Both the position numbers and the translations under genes were made by a program. This document shows positions 1-7,692 of a stretch of DNA of 22,483 bases, piece after piece; the first letter of the stretch is position 1; each line of letters opens with the position of its first letter. Source of the DNA: an uncultured Bacillota bacterium (GTDB lineage Bacteria; Bacillota_I; Bacilli_A; RF39; UBA660); the NCBI GenBank assembly GCA_947246355.1, contig CAMXQX010000014.1, positions 1 through 22,483 on the forward strand. Direction: 5' to 3'. A model generated the notes under the pieces. It did no database searches. It saw only the letters and a list, made by a program, of their open reading frames with translations, and had not been told where the DNA came from.

Positions 1-36
1 AAAAAAGGATTTCTAGCTTTTTTACTAAAAATCCCC
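1..36 (-). terminator. Intrinsic terminator after the 80..1360 gene
   Basis: Minus-strand RNA reads GGAUUUUUAG-UAAAAAAG-CUAGAAAUCC. This is a 10-bp stem with one G.U pair (+ coords 25-34 / 7-16). It is followed by UUUUUU (+ coords 1-6), about 45 nt after the stop at 80-82. Confidence 0.6.
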
Positions 37-79
37 AAATCTCTTTACACTAACTTATAACTTATAGAAAAAAACAAAG

Positions 80-1360
80 TTATTGAATAAACCTTGCTTT
101 TTTTCTCTTTAACTTTAAAGATAAAGCAATAATAATTGCTAGAAAAAATGCTATAACTACACTTACACCAATATAAATGTATTTACTATTTCCATCAAGA
201 AAAAATGTACTTTCTTTTTCTGCTTTCATAAATCTTTGTAATGTTTTTTCTTTCGTATCGTAAGAATACCAGCCCTTCTCGTCGGTTTCTATGTTGAGCC
301 CATACACCAAATAAAATTCACTATTTGGCCTCTTATATGCCTCTACTTTTTGGCTCCCAATTTCAATTTCTTCCTTTTCATACCCATTTGGAATTTCCTC
401 ACTTACCATATACACCAAATGAACAATACCACTTTCCATTTCATGATAAGGGGTATAATCCACTTTCGTTTCATCTTTATAAGAGTCAAATTTATATAAA
501 TTAACATTTCCTTCTTTATTTCGAAGTCCTACCAGTACATAATCAATTTTATCAATACGGTAAGCTTCTACTTCTTGGTCTTCTATATTTAATTTAATGG
601 TTTCGTGTTCTAAAGAGATTTCTGGCAAGTCTTCTGCTTTTTTTACCATTGTATATTCACTATTCTCTAATTTGACTTGAATGGGTTTGCTATCTACTAA
701 AATAGTAATAGAATATGTCTTTTTCTCTCCATTTTCAGCTGTGACTACAATATCAAATTTATTCTCGCCTTCCTTGATTTCTTTTTCCCCGTCTCCACTC
801 ATCACTGCCTTATCATGACTTTTTGTTGCATTGATTTTTATTTTTTCTGTACCATAAGGAACCGTCATAGAATAATTTGTCTTACTTTTATCAAAAGAAA
901 TTTCATATCCTTCTATACTTAGAGAAGATAAATCATTGTCTCCTGATTTTTTAGGTGTATTTGTATTATTTGTAGATGGTTTTTGTGTATTTGTTTGTTT
1001 TTGATTCACTGTAATCGTAACAGAATTACACCCTACATTTACAATTTCTCCATTACCATTAGATGCTCCTGGACTAAGCGCTACAGATACAACAGTTGTT
1101 CCTACTTCTGTTGCTCGTAAAGTAGCACTTACGGTATTGTTCTCAAGCCATGTATCAGTAAGTCCTGTAATACTTCCCTTGGATGCATTGATAGATGAAA
1201 TATTGGCTGTTAAATCACTTGCTTTGACATAAATGGTGACATTCTCTCCAACTGTAACATTTCTGGAAGAGGCACTGACACTACAACTGGAAGCTTCTAC
1301 CTTCCCTGTAAACATTAAAAATAAAGTGAATGTTAAAACACATAGACAACCCTTTTTCAT
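80..1360 (-). CDS. Membrane-anchored cell-surface protein with cadherin-like beta-sandwich domain
   Basis: ORF track gives 80..1456. I trimmed the start to ATG 1360 (MKKGCLCVLTF...), which has AAGGAGG 5 nt upstream and lies 10 nt after the upstream stop. It has a signal peptide (...FTGKVEASS). The segment DLSSLSIEGYEISFDKSKTNYSMTVPYGTEKIKINAT...KKTYSITI fits the cadherin-like beta-sandwich (PF12733-type) pattern. The C-terminus has a hydrophobic helix (IYIGVSVVIAFFLAIIIALSL) followed by KLKRKK. Confidence 0.75.
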   Translation of the reverse strand: MKKGCLCVLTFTLFLMFTGKVEASSCSVSASSRNVTVGENVTIYVKASDLTANISSINASKGSITGLTDTWLENNTVSATLRATEVGTTVVSVALSPGASNGNGEIVNVGCNSVTITVNQKQTNTQKPSTNNTNTPKKSGDNDLSSLSIEGYEISFDKSKTNYSMTVPYGTEKIKINATKSHDKAVMSGDGEKEIKEGENKFDIVVTAENGEKKTYSITILVDSKPIQVKLENSEYTMVKKAEDLPEISLEHETIKLNIEDQEVEAYRIDKIDYVLVGLRNKEGNVNLYKFDSYKDETKVDYTPYHEMESGIVHLVYMVSEEIPNGYEKEEIEIGSQKVEAYKRPNSEFYLVYGLNIETDEKGWYSYDTKEKTLQRFMKAEKESTFFLDGNSKYIYIGVSVVIAFFLAIIIALSLKLKRKKARFIQ

Positions 1361-1370
1361 AATATCCTCC

Positions 1371-2903
1371 TTATTGACTAATTTGACTTGTTCCTTTGAT
1401 ATGGTTTTTGATTTGTACATAATCTGTTGGCCATATATTGGAATCGTGATTGACATCCGCTGCTTCTTTGTAAGCTCCTTCTAATTTAAGCGTTCCCTTG
1501 ATTGCATTTTTAACTTGTACATAGTCTGTTGCCCAAATATTGGAGTCTCCATTCACATCTCCATAAATGACTACTTGGTACGTTACTTTTTGACTTCCTT
1601 TTTCTAAAGTGACTGTATCTCCTGTTGCTACTTTATCGGTAGTATTATTTGCATTTTTCTCTATCGTTACCGTTAATCCTTCCATATTGCCTTTTAGATT
1701 GTTACTAAATTCTTCATGACTCATTCCTATCTTTATACCACTAATATAATTGTCTTTTATTTTATAATTGGTAATTTTAATCTCTTCCTCCACTGGTGTA
1801 CTTGGTACACAACTTGTATTTTGGGTATTAGGGGCCCCCTCATAAATAGGAATATAGAAGACATAAGCATAATTTTTAAAATCAGCAAATGTTTGGTAAG
1901 ACTTATAGGTTGTTGTAGACTCGGATACGGGAGCTTGTATATTTTGCATATACTGATGTCCACCAAGGTTTGGTCCATAAGGGTCCCATTTTTGAAGATA
2001 CAAACTCATCTGTCCTTTTACATTGTATGTATCATTCACACCAACATACTTCTTATATACAAATTTAGCGCCTTCCACAATGGAAATATAGGGGCTTGTC
2101 CAGTTATTTCCTTCACAGACTAGTTTACCAGTTTTCTCATCCTTTAATATCCCCTTGGCACAAGCAAGCCCATTTTCAATTACTTTTTGGTCTGTTGTTC
2201 CACTCGCTTGAATATTAAAATAATTATAATAACCTTCATAACCTGCATAAGTTCCTGAAATCAAAGAAGAAGTACCTTTCCTTCCTTGTTCTTGAATTAA
2301 ACGAGAAGCCAACATATAAGGACTCACATTGTTTTTCTCTCCTGCCTCTAATAATACTTCTGCATACGTTTTTTCACTTCCTGGGCAGATTTTATTGGCC
2401 ATAAAAGAGCCTTTTAAAATCGATTCTACCCCTTCTTTGGTATGGTAAGATTTAGAATACAAAGATTCAAACATAAAAACATTCGTTTCATTTAAAAAAT
2501 TATAAGGGTTCATATAGTAAGTAATCGCTTCTTCTGATGCATGGTACCAACTGCATACATTGTTAGAACCCTTTTGCGCACAAATATCTGTTTTATAAGA
2601 GTCTTTCGCTGATGCAGAAATTAAACTTTTATTACTGAATTGTACTTTAAACATATCATCCCATGCGACAGGAATTTCTTTGTATTTTTTCCAATCAAAG
2701 AAATGGGTTTGTGCGACAAAAACAGCATTCGGATAAATCGTATGTAATTCTTTTATTTTTTCTTGGTAATCACATGGAAACTTTTTAAGTTCTTCTTCAT
2801 AACCCCCCACATAAGAATCATTATAAATCGCTTTTACAGAAGCAGTACTTATAAAAAGGGCAAAGAAGAAAAAGAATATTTTTTGCGTATGTAGTCGTTT
2901 CAT
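1371..2903 (-). CDS. Secreted peptidoglycan hydrolase-like protein (GH73 / LytD-type N-acetylglucosaminidase domain) with C-terminal dockerin-type repeat pair
   Basis: Start trimmed to ATG 2903 (MKRLHTQK...), with GGAGG 8 nt upstream, followed by a signal peptide. Glucosaminidase-family motifs are present: YYMNPYNFLNETNVFMFESL, NVSPYMLASRLIQEQG, YNYFNIQASG and SLYLQKWDP. The C-terminus carries two 22-residue Ca-binding dockerin-like segments, DVNGDSNIWATDYVQVKNAIKG and DVNHDSNIWPTDYVQIKNHIKG. Confidence 0.7.
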   Translation of the reverse strand: MKRLHTQKIFFFFFALFISTASVKAIYNDSYVGGYEEELKKFPCDYQEKIKELHTIYPNAVFVAQTHFFDWKKYKEIPVAWDDMFKVQFSNKSLISASAKDSYKTDICAQKGSNNVCSWYHASEEAITYYMNPYNFLNETNVFMFESLYSKSYHTKEGVESILKGSFMANKICPGSEKTYAEVLLEAGEKNNVSPYMLASRLIQEQGRKGTSSLISGTYAGYEGYYNYFNIQASGTTDQKVIENGLACAKGILKDEKTGKLVCEGNNWTSPYISIVEGAKFVYKKYVGVNDTYNVKGQMSLYLQKWDPYGPNLGGHQYMQNIQAPVSESTTTYKSYQTFADFKNYAYVFYIPIYEGAPNTQNTSCVPSTPVEEEIKITNYKIKDNYISGIKIGMSHEEFSNNLKGNMEGLTVTIEKNANNTTDKVATGDTVTLEKGSQKVTYQVVIYGDVNGDSNIWATDYVQVKNAIKGTLKLEGAYKEAADVNHDSNIWPTDYVQIKNHIKGTSQISQ

Positions 2904-2929
2904 ATCTACCGCCTCCATTATGTAACAAC

Positions 2930-2958
2930 ATTATACCAAAAATTGTGACAAAAAGAAA
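2930..2958 (-). promoter_or_regulatory. Candidate sigma-A promoter for the 2903..80 two-gene operon
   Basis: Minus strand has an extended -10, TGgTATAAT (-10 at 2935-2930, TG at 2938-2937). A weak -35 (TTTCTT, 2958-2953) sits at 17-nt spacing, about 25 nt upstream of the SD. Confidence 0.5.
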
Positions 2959-2998
2959 TGGAAATTTTTTCTTGTTTACATATTTTAAAAGTCGTGAG

Positions 2999-3032
2999 AA
3001 AAATACAAAAAACTGCTAACGCTTGTTAACAG
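2999..3032 (-). terminator. Intrinsic terminator after the small ORF / recD2 unit
   Basis: Minus-strand RNA reads CUGUUAAC-AAGC-GUUAGCAG, an 8-bp stem with one G.U pair. It is followed by UUUUUUGUAUUUUU. A second 8-bp hairpin (UAGUUCCC-AAAUA-GGGAACUA, 3037-3057) overlaps the stop codon just upstream. Confidence 0.7.
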
Positions 3033-3054
3033 TTTTTAGTTCCCTATTTGGGAA

Positions 3055-3204
3055 CTACATCATATCTTCTAGTTTGTTATTTGCTTTTTTCATCGCCTTA
3101 TCTGCGACTTGCTCCATTTTTTTCATTACGGGTTTATTATACTTTTGGTACGCAAGTACCGCACCCGCACCCATAGCCATAAATGCTATATTTTTCATTT
3201 TCAT
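3055..3204 (-). CDS. Small (49 aa) membrane-associated protein, below the ORF-track length cutoff
   Basis: My own translation of the minus strand gives ATG 3204 ... TAG 3057-3055: MKMKNIAFMAMGAGAVLAYQKYNKPVMKKMEQVADKAMKKANNKLEDMM. It has an N-terminal Gly/Ala-rich hydrophobic segment and a charged helical tail. The SD-like GGAAGATGGTG precedes it and a canonical terminator follows it. The two + strand ORFs listed here (3023..3223, 3109..3306) have no SD. Confidence 0.55.
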   Translation of the reverse strand: MKMKNIAFMAMGAGAVLAYQKYNKPVMKKMEQVADKAMKKANNKLEDMM

Positions 3205-3273
3205 AGTATCACCATCTTCCTAGAAAATATGTGCATATATCCGTATACAAAAATTGTATACATTTTTAGTTTC

Positions 3274-5502
3274 TCACTCTTTTATTTTTTTATACCTATT
3301 TTGTAATTTTTCTTTTAAAGATGTTTTTCTTTCTCTTTCCACTGCGCTAGAAACCGCGTAGACAAAAGCCTCTTTTTCTCCTACTAAAATTAATTTCTTT
3401 TTGGCTCTTGTTATCCCAGTATAAATCAGTTTTCGATGAAGCATACGAGAATAACGCATACAAATAGGCATAAGGACCAATTCAAATTCACTGCCTTGAC
3501 TTTTATGAATGGATAAAATAAATCCATGTTTTATCGTATCCATATCTTTCGGCAAATAACGAATTCGATTTCCATCAAAATTCACATAAATTTCATAGGA
3601 GGATGGATTCTCTGATTTTTGAATAATTGTATCAATAAACCCAATGTCCCCGTTAAAAACATTTTCTTCTGGGCGGTTTACTAATTGTAATATTTTATCA
3701 TTTTCACGGTAAATGACTTCCCCTACACTTATTTCTTTTTTTTCTAGGGACTTCGGATTAAATATTTCTTGCAACTCTTTATTTAAGCAATCAATTCCAA
3801 CAACACCTGCATACATCGGTGCAAGCAACGTCGTTCTCGATTCATCATACCCTTTTTCTCTTAACTGTATACATAATTTTTTTATATTAGAAACAATCGT
3901 ATCTTGGGAACACTCTAAAAACAAATAATCGTCTTTCTTATCTGTAAAATTTGTACTTAAATCATTATTTTTAATCTCCTCTGCCAAAACAGGAATATAC
4001 GATTCTTCACTTTGTCTATACAATAAATCCAAATAAATTGTATCAATAAGATCGCTTTCAATCAAATCTTTAAGTACATTACCAGGTGCTACACTAGGAA
4101 GTTGATGAACATCCCCAACCAGCACAAGCTTTATATTACGGTTAAGTCCTTTAAGTAAAGAGGCCATCAGTTCCGTATCCAACATACTTACCTCATCAAC
4201 AATCACCAAATGGACATTCGATTTATTTTCTTCGTTGACCATAAACGTATTTGCATCTTTATCCCATCTCAGAAAACGATGAATAGTGGACGCAGGAAGA
4301 AGAGTTGCCTCGCTCATCCGCTTACTTGCCCTTCCCGTAGGAGCAAGTAAAGCAAGCGATTCAGATAGAAAATCCCCCTCTTTTTGATAAACCTTAGCAT
4401 ACAATTGTACAATAGCTTTAATAATGGTTGTCTTGCCTGTTCCTGGCCCTCCTGTAATAATGGTAATATGGTTTTTTAAAGCTGACGCAATAGCTTGTTT
4501 TTGTTTATTATTATAGGCAATGGATAATTCCTTTTGCAATTCTTCTATTCTTTTATCTAAGTCTTTCATTTTATCTGTTTTTTGATTCAGTAAATCTTCC
4601 ACTCGATCAATAATATACTCTTCACTTTCATAGATTTTTTTTGGATAATAACGATTTTCTTCAAAAACGATTTTATCTTCTAAAATCAAAGCATCCAATA
4701 AATTTAGAAAAGATTCTATTTCTAGGTCCATATGCAAATACGCCTCTGTTCCTTTTTTTATCTCCTCCAAATTTAAATAAGTATCCCCACTTGCAAAAAG
4801 AAGTTGGTGCATTTGATAAACTATACAAGCCTTTACTCTTTCCTCATTTTCATCTTCAATATTCATCATTGCTCTTAACTTATCTACTTTCAAAAAGGTA
4901 ATTTCCTCCACATCCTCTATGACTTGGTAGAAATGATTTTGAATGGTAGCGATCGTTTTCGATTTATAAACATTATAAATGCTGAGTGCATCGCGCATCC
5001 CAAATCCTAAATCAGTGAGATAAACAATGACTTGGTGTGACTGGGAGTATTCTTCCAAAATACGCTTGATTTGCTGTTTTCTTTTTTCTGTTAATTTAGG
5101 AACCAAATCCAAGCAGGCAGGTTCTGTTAAAATACGATCAATACAATCTTTGCCCAATGTATCTACAATTCTTTGTGCGAGTTTTTCTCCTACTCCTGGA
5201 AACAAGTCACTCGATAAAAAAAGTATAAGACCATCCTTTGTATTCGGCATAAGCAACTCTGATTCTGTGACCGCAAACTGAATCCCATATTTAGGGTGAT
5301 CTACAAGATTGCCATAAAACAAATAATTTTCTTTTTCTTTTAATTCAGGAAAGTATCCAGTAAAAGTAATATTTTGGTCTAAAAAATCTTCTATCTCTTC
5401 GCTATTTGTTTCTTTTACTTGCATAATACCTATATTATATCCTTTATCAGAAGAGAATATACTTCTTATAAATTTTCCTTTTATATACTCTTTCATAGCC
5501 AT
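3274..5502 (-). CDS. recD2: RecD2-type SF1B ATP-dependent DNA helicase
   Basis: About 740 aa. Walker A is ITGGPGTGKTT and Walker B is LVIVDEVSMLD, with VLVGDVHQLPSV and SIHKSQGSEF...TRAKKKLILVG helicase motifs. The N-terminal OB/HhH-like region is typical of RecD2. The track start 5505 is a GTG; I chose ATG 5502, and ATG 5496 is also possible. Confidence 0.9.
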   Translation of the reverse strand: MAMKEYIKGKFIRSIFSSDKGYNIGIMQVKETNSEEIEDFLDQNITFTGYFPELKEKENYLFYGNLVDHPKYGIQFAVTESELLMPNTKDGLILFLSSDLFPGVGEKLAQRIVDTLGKDCIDRILTEPACLDLVPKLTEKRKQQIKRILEEYSQSHQVIVYLTDLGFGMRDALSIYNVYKSKTIATIQNHFYQVIEDVEEITFLKVDKLRAMMNIEDENEERVKACIVYQMHQLLFASGDTYLNLEEIKKGTEAYLHMDLEIESFLNLLDALILEDKIVFEENRYYPKKIYESEEYIIDRVEDLLNQKTDKMKDLDKRIEELQKELSIAYNNKQKQAIASALKNHITIITGGPGTGKTTIIKAIVQLYAKVYQKEGDFLSESLALLAPTGRASKRMSEATLLPASTIHRFLRWDKDANTFMVNEENKSNVHLVIVDEVSMLDTELMASLLKGLNRNIKLVLVGDVHQLPSVAPGNVLKDLIESDLIDTIYLDLLYRQSEESYIPVLAEEIKNNDLSTNFTDKKDDYLFLECSQDTIVSNIKKLCIQLREKGYDESRTTLLAPMYAGVVGIDCLNKELQEIFNPKSLEKKEISVGEVIYRENDKILQLVNRPEENVFNGDIGFIDTIIQKSENPSSYEIYVNFDGNRIRYLPKDMDTIKHGFILSIHKSQGSEFELVLMPICMRYSRMLHRKLIYTGITRAKKKLILVGEKEAFVYAVSSAVERERKTSLKEKLQNRYKKIKE

Positions 5503-5512
5503 CACTATTTCC

Positions 5513-5541
5513 AGTTTATCTTACTTACTAAAGAAAGTCAA
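5513..5541 (-). promoter_or_regulatory. Candidate promoter for recD2
   Basis: Minus strand reads TTGACT (5541-5536), a 17-nt spacer, then TAAACT (5518-5513). The predicted start site is about 5506, directly adjacent to the GTG/ATG. This implies a very short or absent leader, which fits the lack of a good SD. No experimental support. Confidence 0.35.
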
Positions 5542-5592
5542 CAAAAAAAGCGAACAAAAATTCACACAAAAAAAGAAAAAGAAATTTTTAAT

Positions 5593-7266
5593 TTAACTCG
5601 TGCTAACAAATACAGGTTTCCAATTTTTTGTACAAATTTGATTATCTGCATTGTCCACTGCACAAATTTGGTATAAAAATATAAATTCACCTGTTGGCGT
5701 AAATACCCAGTCTTCTTCACAAGTAAAAATATTTTCTTTACTCTTTTTGCAAATATATTCTTTGGTTTTTTCACATGTTCCACGGATGCATTTTTTTCCA
5801 AGCATGGTAACTTTACTGACTCCTGCTGTATCAACTACATTAGAAATAATTTCAATATGATGACGCGTATTCCTATCTAAAATTGGCTCTTTTTTTACAA
5901 AGACATCTTGTATAGAAATGGAGGGAGCTGTTTTATCGATCTTAATGATTTTCGTAAGCACTGGGCTGATATTCCCAACAAAATCAATCGCTCTAAAATA
6001 CCGTTTGCTTATTCCTTCTTTCTGTATATGGTACAATTCATTGGCAGAATGATAAGAAAAGTCAAACCAAGTTTTATTGTCCTTTGAGATTTGGTATTTC
6101 CATACCCCACTTCCATAATCCATCGAACCAACAGGATTTGGATTATCTTCCCTATTTGATAAAAATACTTCTTGTTTTGTCCATGTATCGTCTATGTACT
6201 TTGTTCCATCTTGAAGCAGAGCATTCATCGTCGGAACTGTTGGTGCTTTGTTGTCAATTTTTATTTCTGTACTTACACTTGTACTACAATTGGAAAAAAC
6301 ATCACAAGCTCTAATATATAGACGCTGATTTATATCTTCTTTAAAAGGAGGCGTTATGAAAAAACTTTCTTTTATACTAGGATACGCGAACCAATTTTTT
6401 TGATCATAACTATATTCAAAGTGATGCATACCACTACCATCGTCTTGCGCTTCTAATGTTAAACTGATACTTCCTTTCGTCCATTTTCCATTGGATGGAT
6501 TTTTAACTTGTAGCTTTGTTGGCGGCGTTTTATCAATTTTAAATAAGGTTTGTCTCGCCAATGTACTAAATTTTTTTCCATCAAAAGCGATAGCCAAAAA
6601 GGTGGTTTCTTCCTTCGTATCTTGTGCATAAGTAAAGACAACATCTCTATCTATTTTATACCACAAATTGGCAGTTATCTCTTTTGTACTAGTGCCCTTT
6701 ACACAATTTTTAGGCTTTACTGCACTTCCACAGGTCTCCTTTAAAAATACATCACTACTTCCATTTTTTTCTGCTTTAATATAGTAACTGCTATTTTGGT
6801 TATTTTCGCTTGGAAGTTGGACAGAAACAACCTGTTCTTTTAAATATCCTTTTTGCGGCTTGGCTTCGCTTAATAATGTAGGAGGAAGAAGTACAGCCTC
6901 TTCCTTTGTTGGTTTATCTTCCACTTTATCCTTGTTTTCTTGTTGTTCATCATTTTTTACTTTTTCGCTAGAAATTTTGTTGATTTCTGTAATAACGTTT
7001 TCATCTTGTTTTTGAACTCCCGTTTCATTCTCTTGTTTGAAGTCCGTTGTTTGCTTATTATCTTGCCCTTTTTTTACCAATTCTTTTTGCTTTTTATGAA
7101 TATAGGAATTGAAGGAAGAAAAAGAAAAAGAGGCACTATTTTTTAAACTTTCTCTATCTATTGTTTTGGTAAAGTAAAAAAAAGAAGGAATGGCCAAAAA
7201 TATAACCACACTAAAAAAGGTAATTTTCTTTAAAAGAACTTTCCACGTAAATCTCTTTCTATCCAT
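5593..7266 (-). CDS. Membrane-anchored modular surface protein of unknown function
   Basis: ATG 7266 has AGGAGG 7 nt upstream. There is an N-terminal TM helix (ITFFSVVIFLAIPSFFYF) and a low-complexity K/E/Q linker. Three modules of about 100 aa follow, each ending with a KID(K/N)xxP(T/S) boundary (KIDKTPPT, KIDNKAPT, KIDKTAPS), as seen between Ig-like domains. The tail is Cys-rich. I recognise no family. Confidence 0.6.
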   Translation of the reverse strand: MDRKRFTWKVLLKKITFFSVVIFLAIPSFFYFTKTIDRESLKNSASFSFSSFNSYIHKKQKELVKKGQDNKQTTDFKQENETGVQKQDENVITEINKISSEKVKNDEQQENKDKVEDKPTKEEAVLLPPTLLSEAKPQKGYLKEQVVSVQLPSENNQNSSYYIKAEKNGSSDVFLKETCGSAVKPKNCVKGTSTKEITANLWYKIDRDVVFTYAQDTKEETTFLAIAFDGKKFSTLARQTLFKIDKTPPTKLQVKNPSNGKWTKGSISLTLEAQDDGSGMHHFEYSYDQKNWFAYPSIKESFFITPPFKEDINQRLYIRACDVFSNCSTSVSTEIKIDNKAPTVPTMNALLQDGTKYIDDTWTKQEVFLSNREDNPNPVGSMDYGSGVWKYQISKDNKTWFDFSYHSANELYHIQKEGISKRYFRAIDFVGNISPVLTKIIKIDKTAPSISIQDVFVKKEPILDRNTRHHIEIISNVVDTAGVSKVTMLGKKCIRGTCEKTKEYICKKSKENIFTCEEDWVFTPTGEFIFLYQICAVDNADNQICTKNWKPVFVSTS

Positions 7267-7359
7267 TTTCCCGCCTCCTACTTTTCTTTTTTTATTTTAT
7301 CAAAGAAAAAATAGGAAGTCTATATGTGGAAAGCTATTTTTCTAAATATCCTTTTTTAG

Positions 7360-7385
7360 ATAATAAAAAGGAGTAAATTCTCCTT
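7360..7385 (-). terminator. Intrinsic terminator after secG
   Basis: Minus-strand RNA reads AAGGAG-AAUUUA-CUCCUU (6-bp stem) followed by UUUAUUAUC. It begins 21 nt after the secG stop. Confidence 0.5.
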
Positions 7386-7406
7386 ACCTTACAACATTTT
7401 AAACAA

Positions 7407-7616
7407 TTAAAATCCCTGTATAAAACAAATAATAAAATAAATACTTCCAAGAACAAAGGTTGCTCTTGTAATGAAAAGTTCTCCCCCACGTTCTTTTCGA
7501 TTTTTAAAAAGTTCACTATTTGCCCCTGTAAAAATATCTCCTTCTGCCACTTTTCCTGCTTGTAATAAAACAATGGCTATTAATAAAACACATACAACGA
7601 TAAGTACTGTCTCCAT
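7407..7616 (-). CDS. secG: Preprotein translocase subunit SecG
   Basis: 69 aa: METVLIVVCVLLIAIVLLQAGK...LFKNRKERGGE...TFVLGSIYFIICF. It has two TM helices and the VLLQ-GK signature of SecG. The track start 7625 is a GTG inside the SD; ATG 7616 has GAGGTG 6 nt upstream. Confidence 0.88.
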   Translation of the reverse strand: METVLIVVCVLLIAIVLLQAGKVAEGDIFTGANSELFKNRKERGGELFITRATFVLGSIYFIICFIQGF

Positions 7617-7635
7617 CTTATCCACCTCGCTTATT

Positions 7636-7664
7636 AAAATACCATATTTTTAAGTTCTTGTAAA
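7636..7664 (-). promoter_or_regulatory. Candidate promoter for secG
   Basis: Minus strand reads TTTACA (7664-7659), a 17-nt spacer ending in TGg, then TATTTT (7641-7636). It lies in the 76-nt gap between the VWA gene stop and secG. Confidence 0.45.
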
Positions 7665-7692
7665 GGGATATGGTCTTTATTTTCTAGATAAC

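Noticed and set aside
1716-2123. 135-aa + strand ORF and the 73-aa alternative-frame minus-strand ORF (1757..1978) inside the glucosaminidase gene
   Set aside because: These are embedded in a gene with strong family motifs. Their composition is typical of off-frame translation of AT-rich DNA.
3243-3261. Perfect 8-bp palindrome GTATACAA-AAA-TTGTATAC just after the recD2 stop
   Set aside because: On the minus (coding) strand it is not followed by a U-tract. On the + strand it is (ATTTTT), but no credible + strand gene ends there. It may be an RNA-stability hairpin or a weak bidirectional terminator, so I did not call it a terminator.
3023-3306. Two overlapping + strand ORFs (66 and 65 aa)
   Set aside because: They have no SD and no upstream promoter. 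The region is better explained by the 49-aa minus-strand ORF with its terminator and by the 3' end of recD2.
7334-7573. 79-aa minus-strand ORF overlapping secG in another frame; similarly 5562..5834 overlapping the 3' end of the 557-aa gene
   Set aside because: These are alternative-frame overlaps of well-supported genes. They lack SDs, and 7334..7573 runs through the secG terminator.
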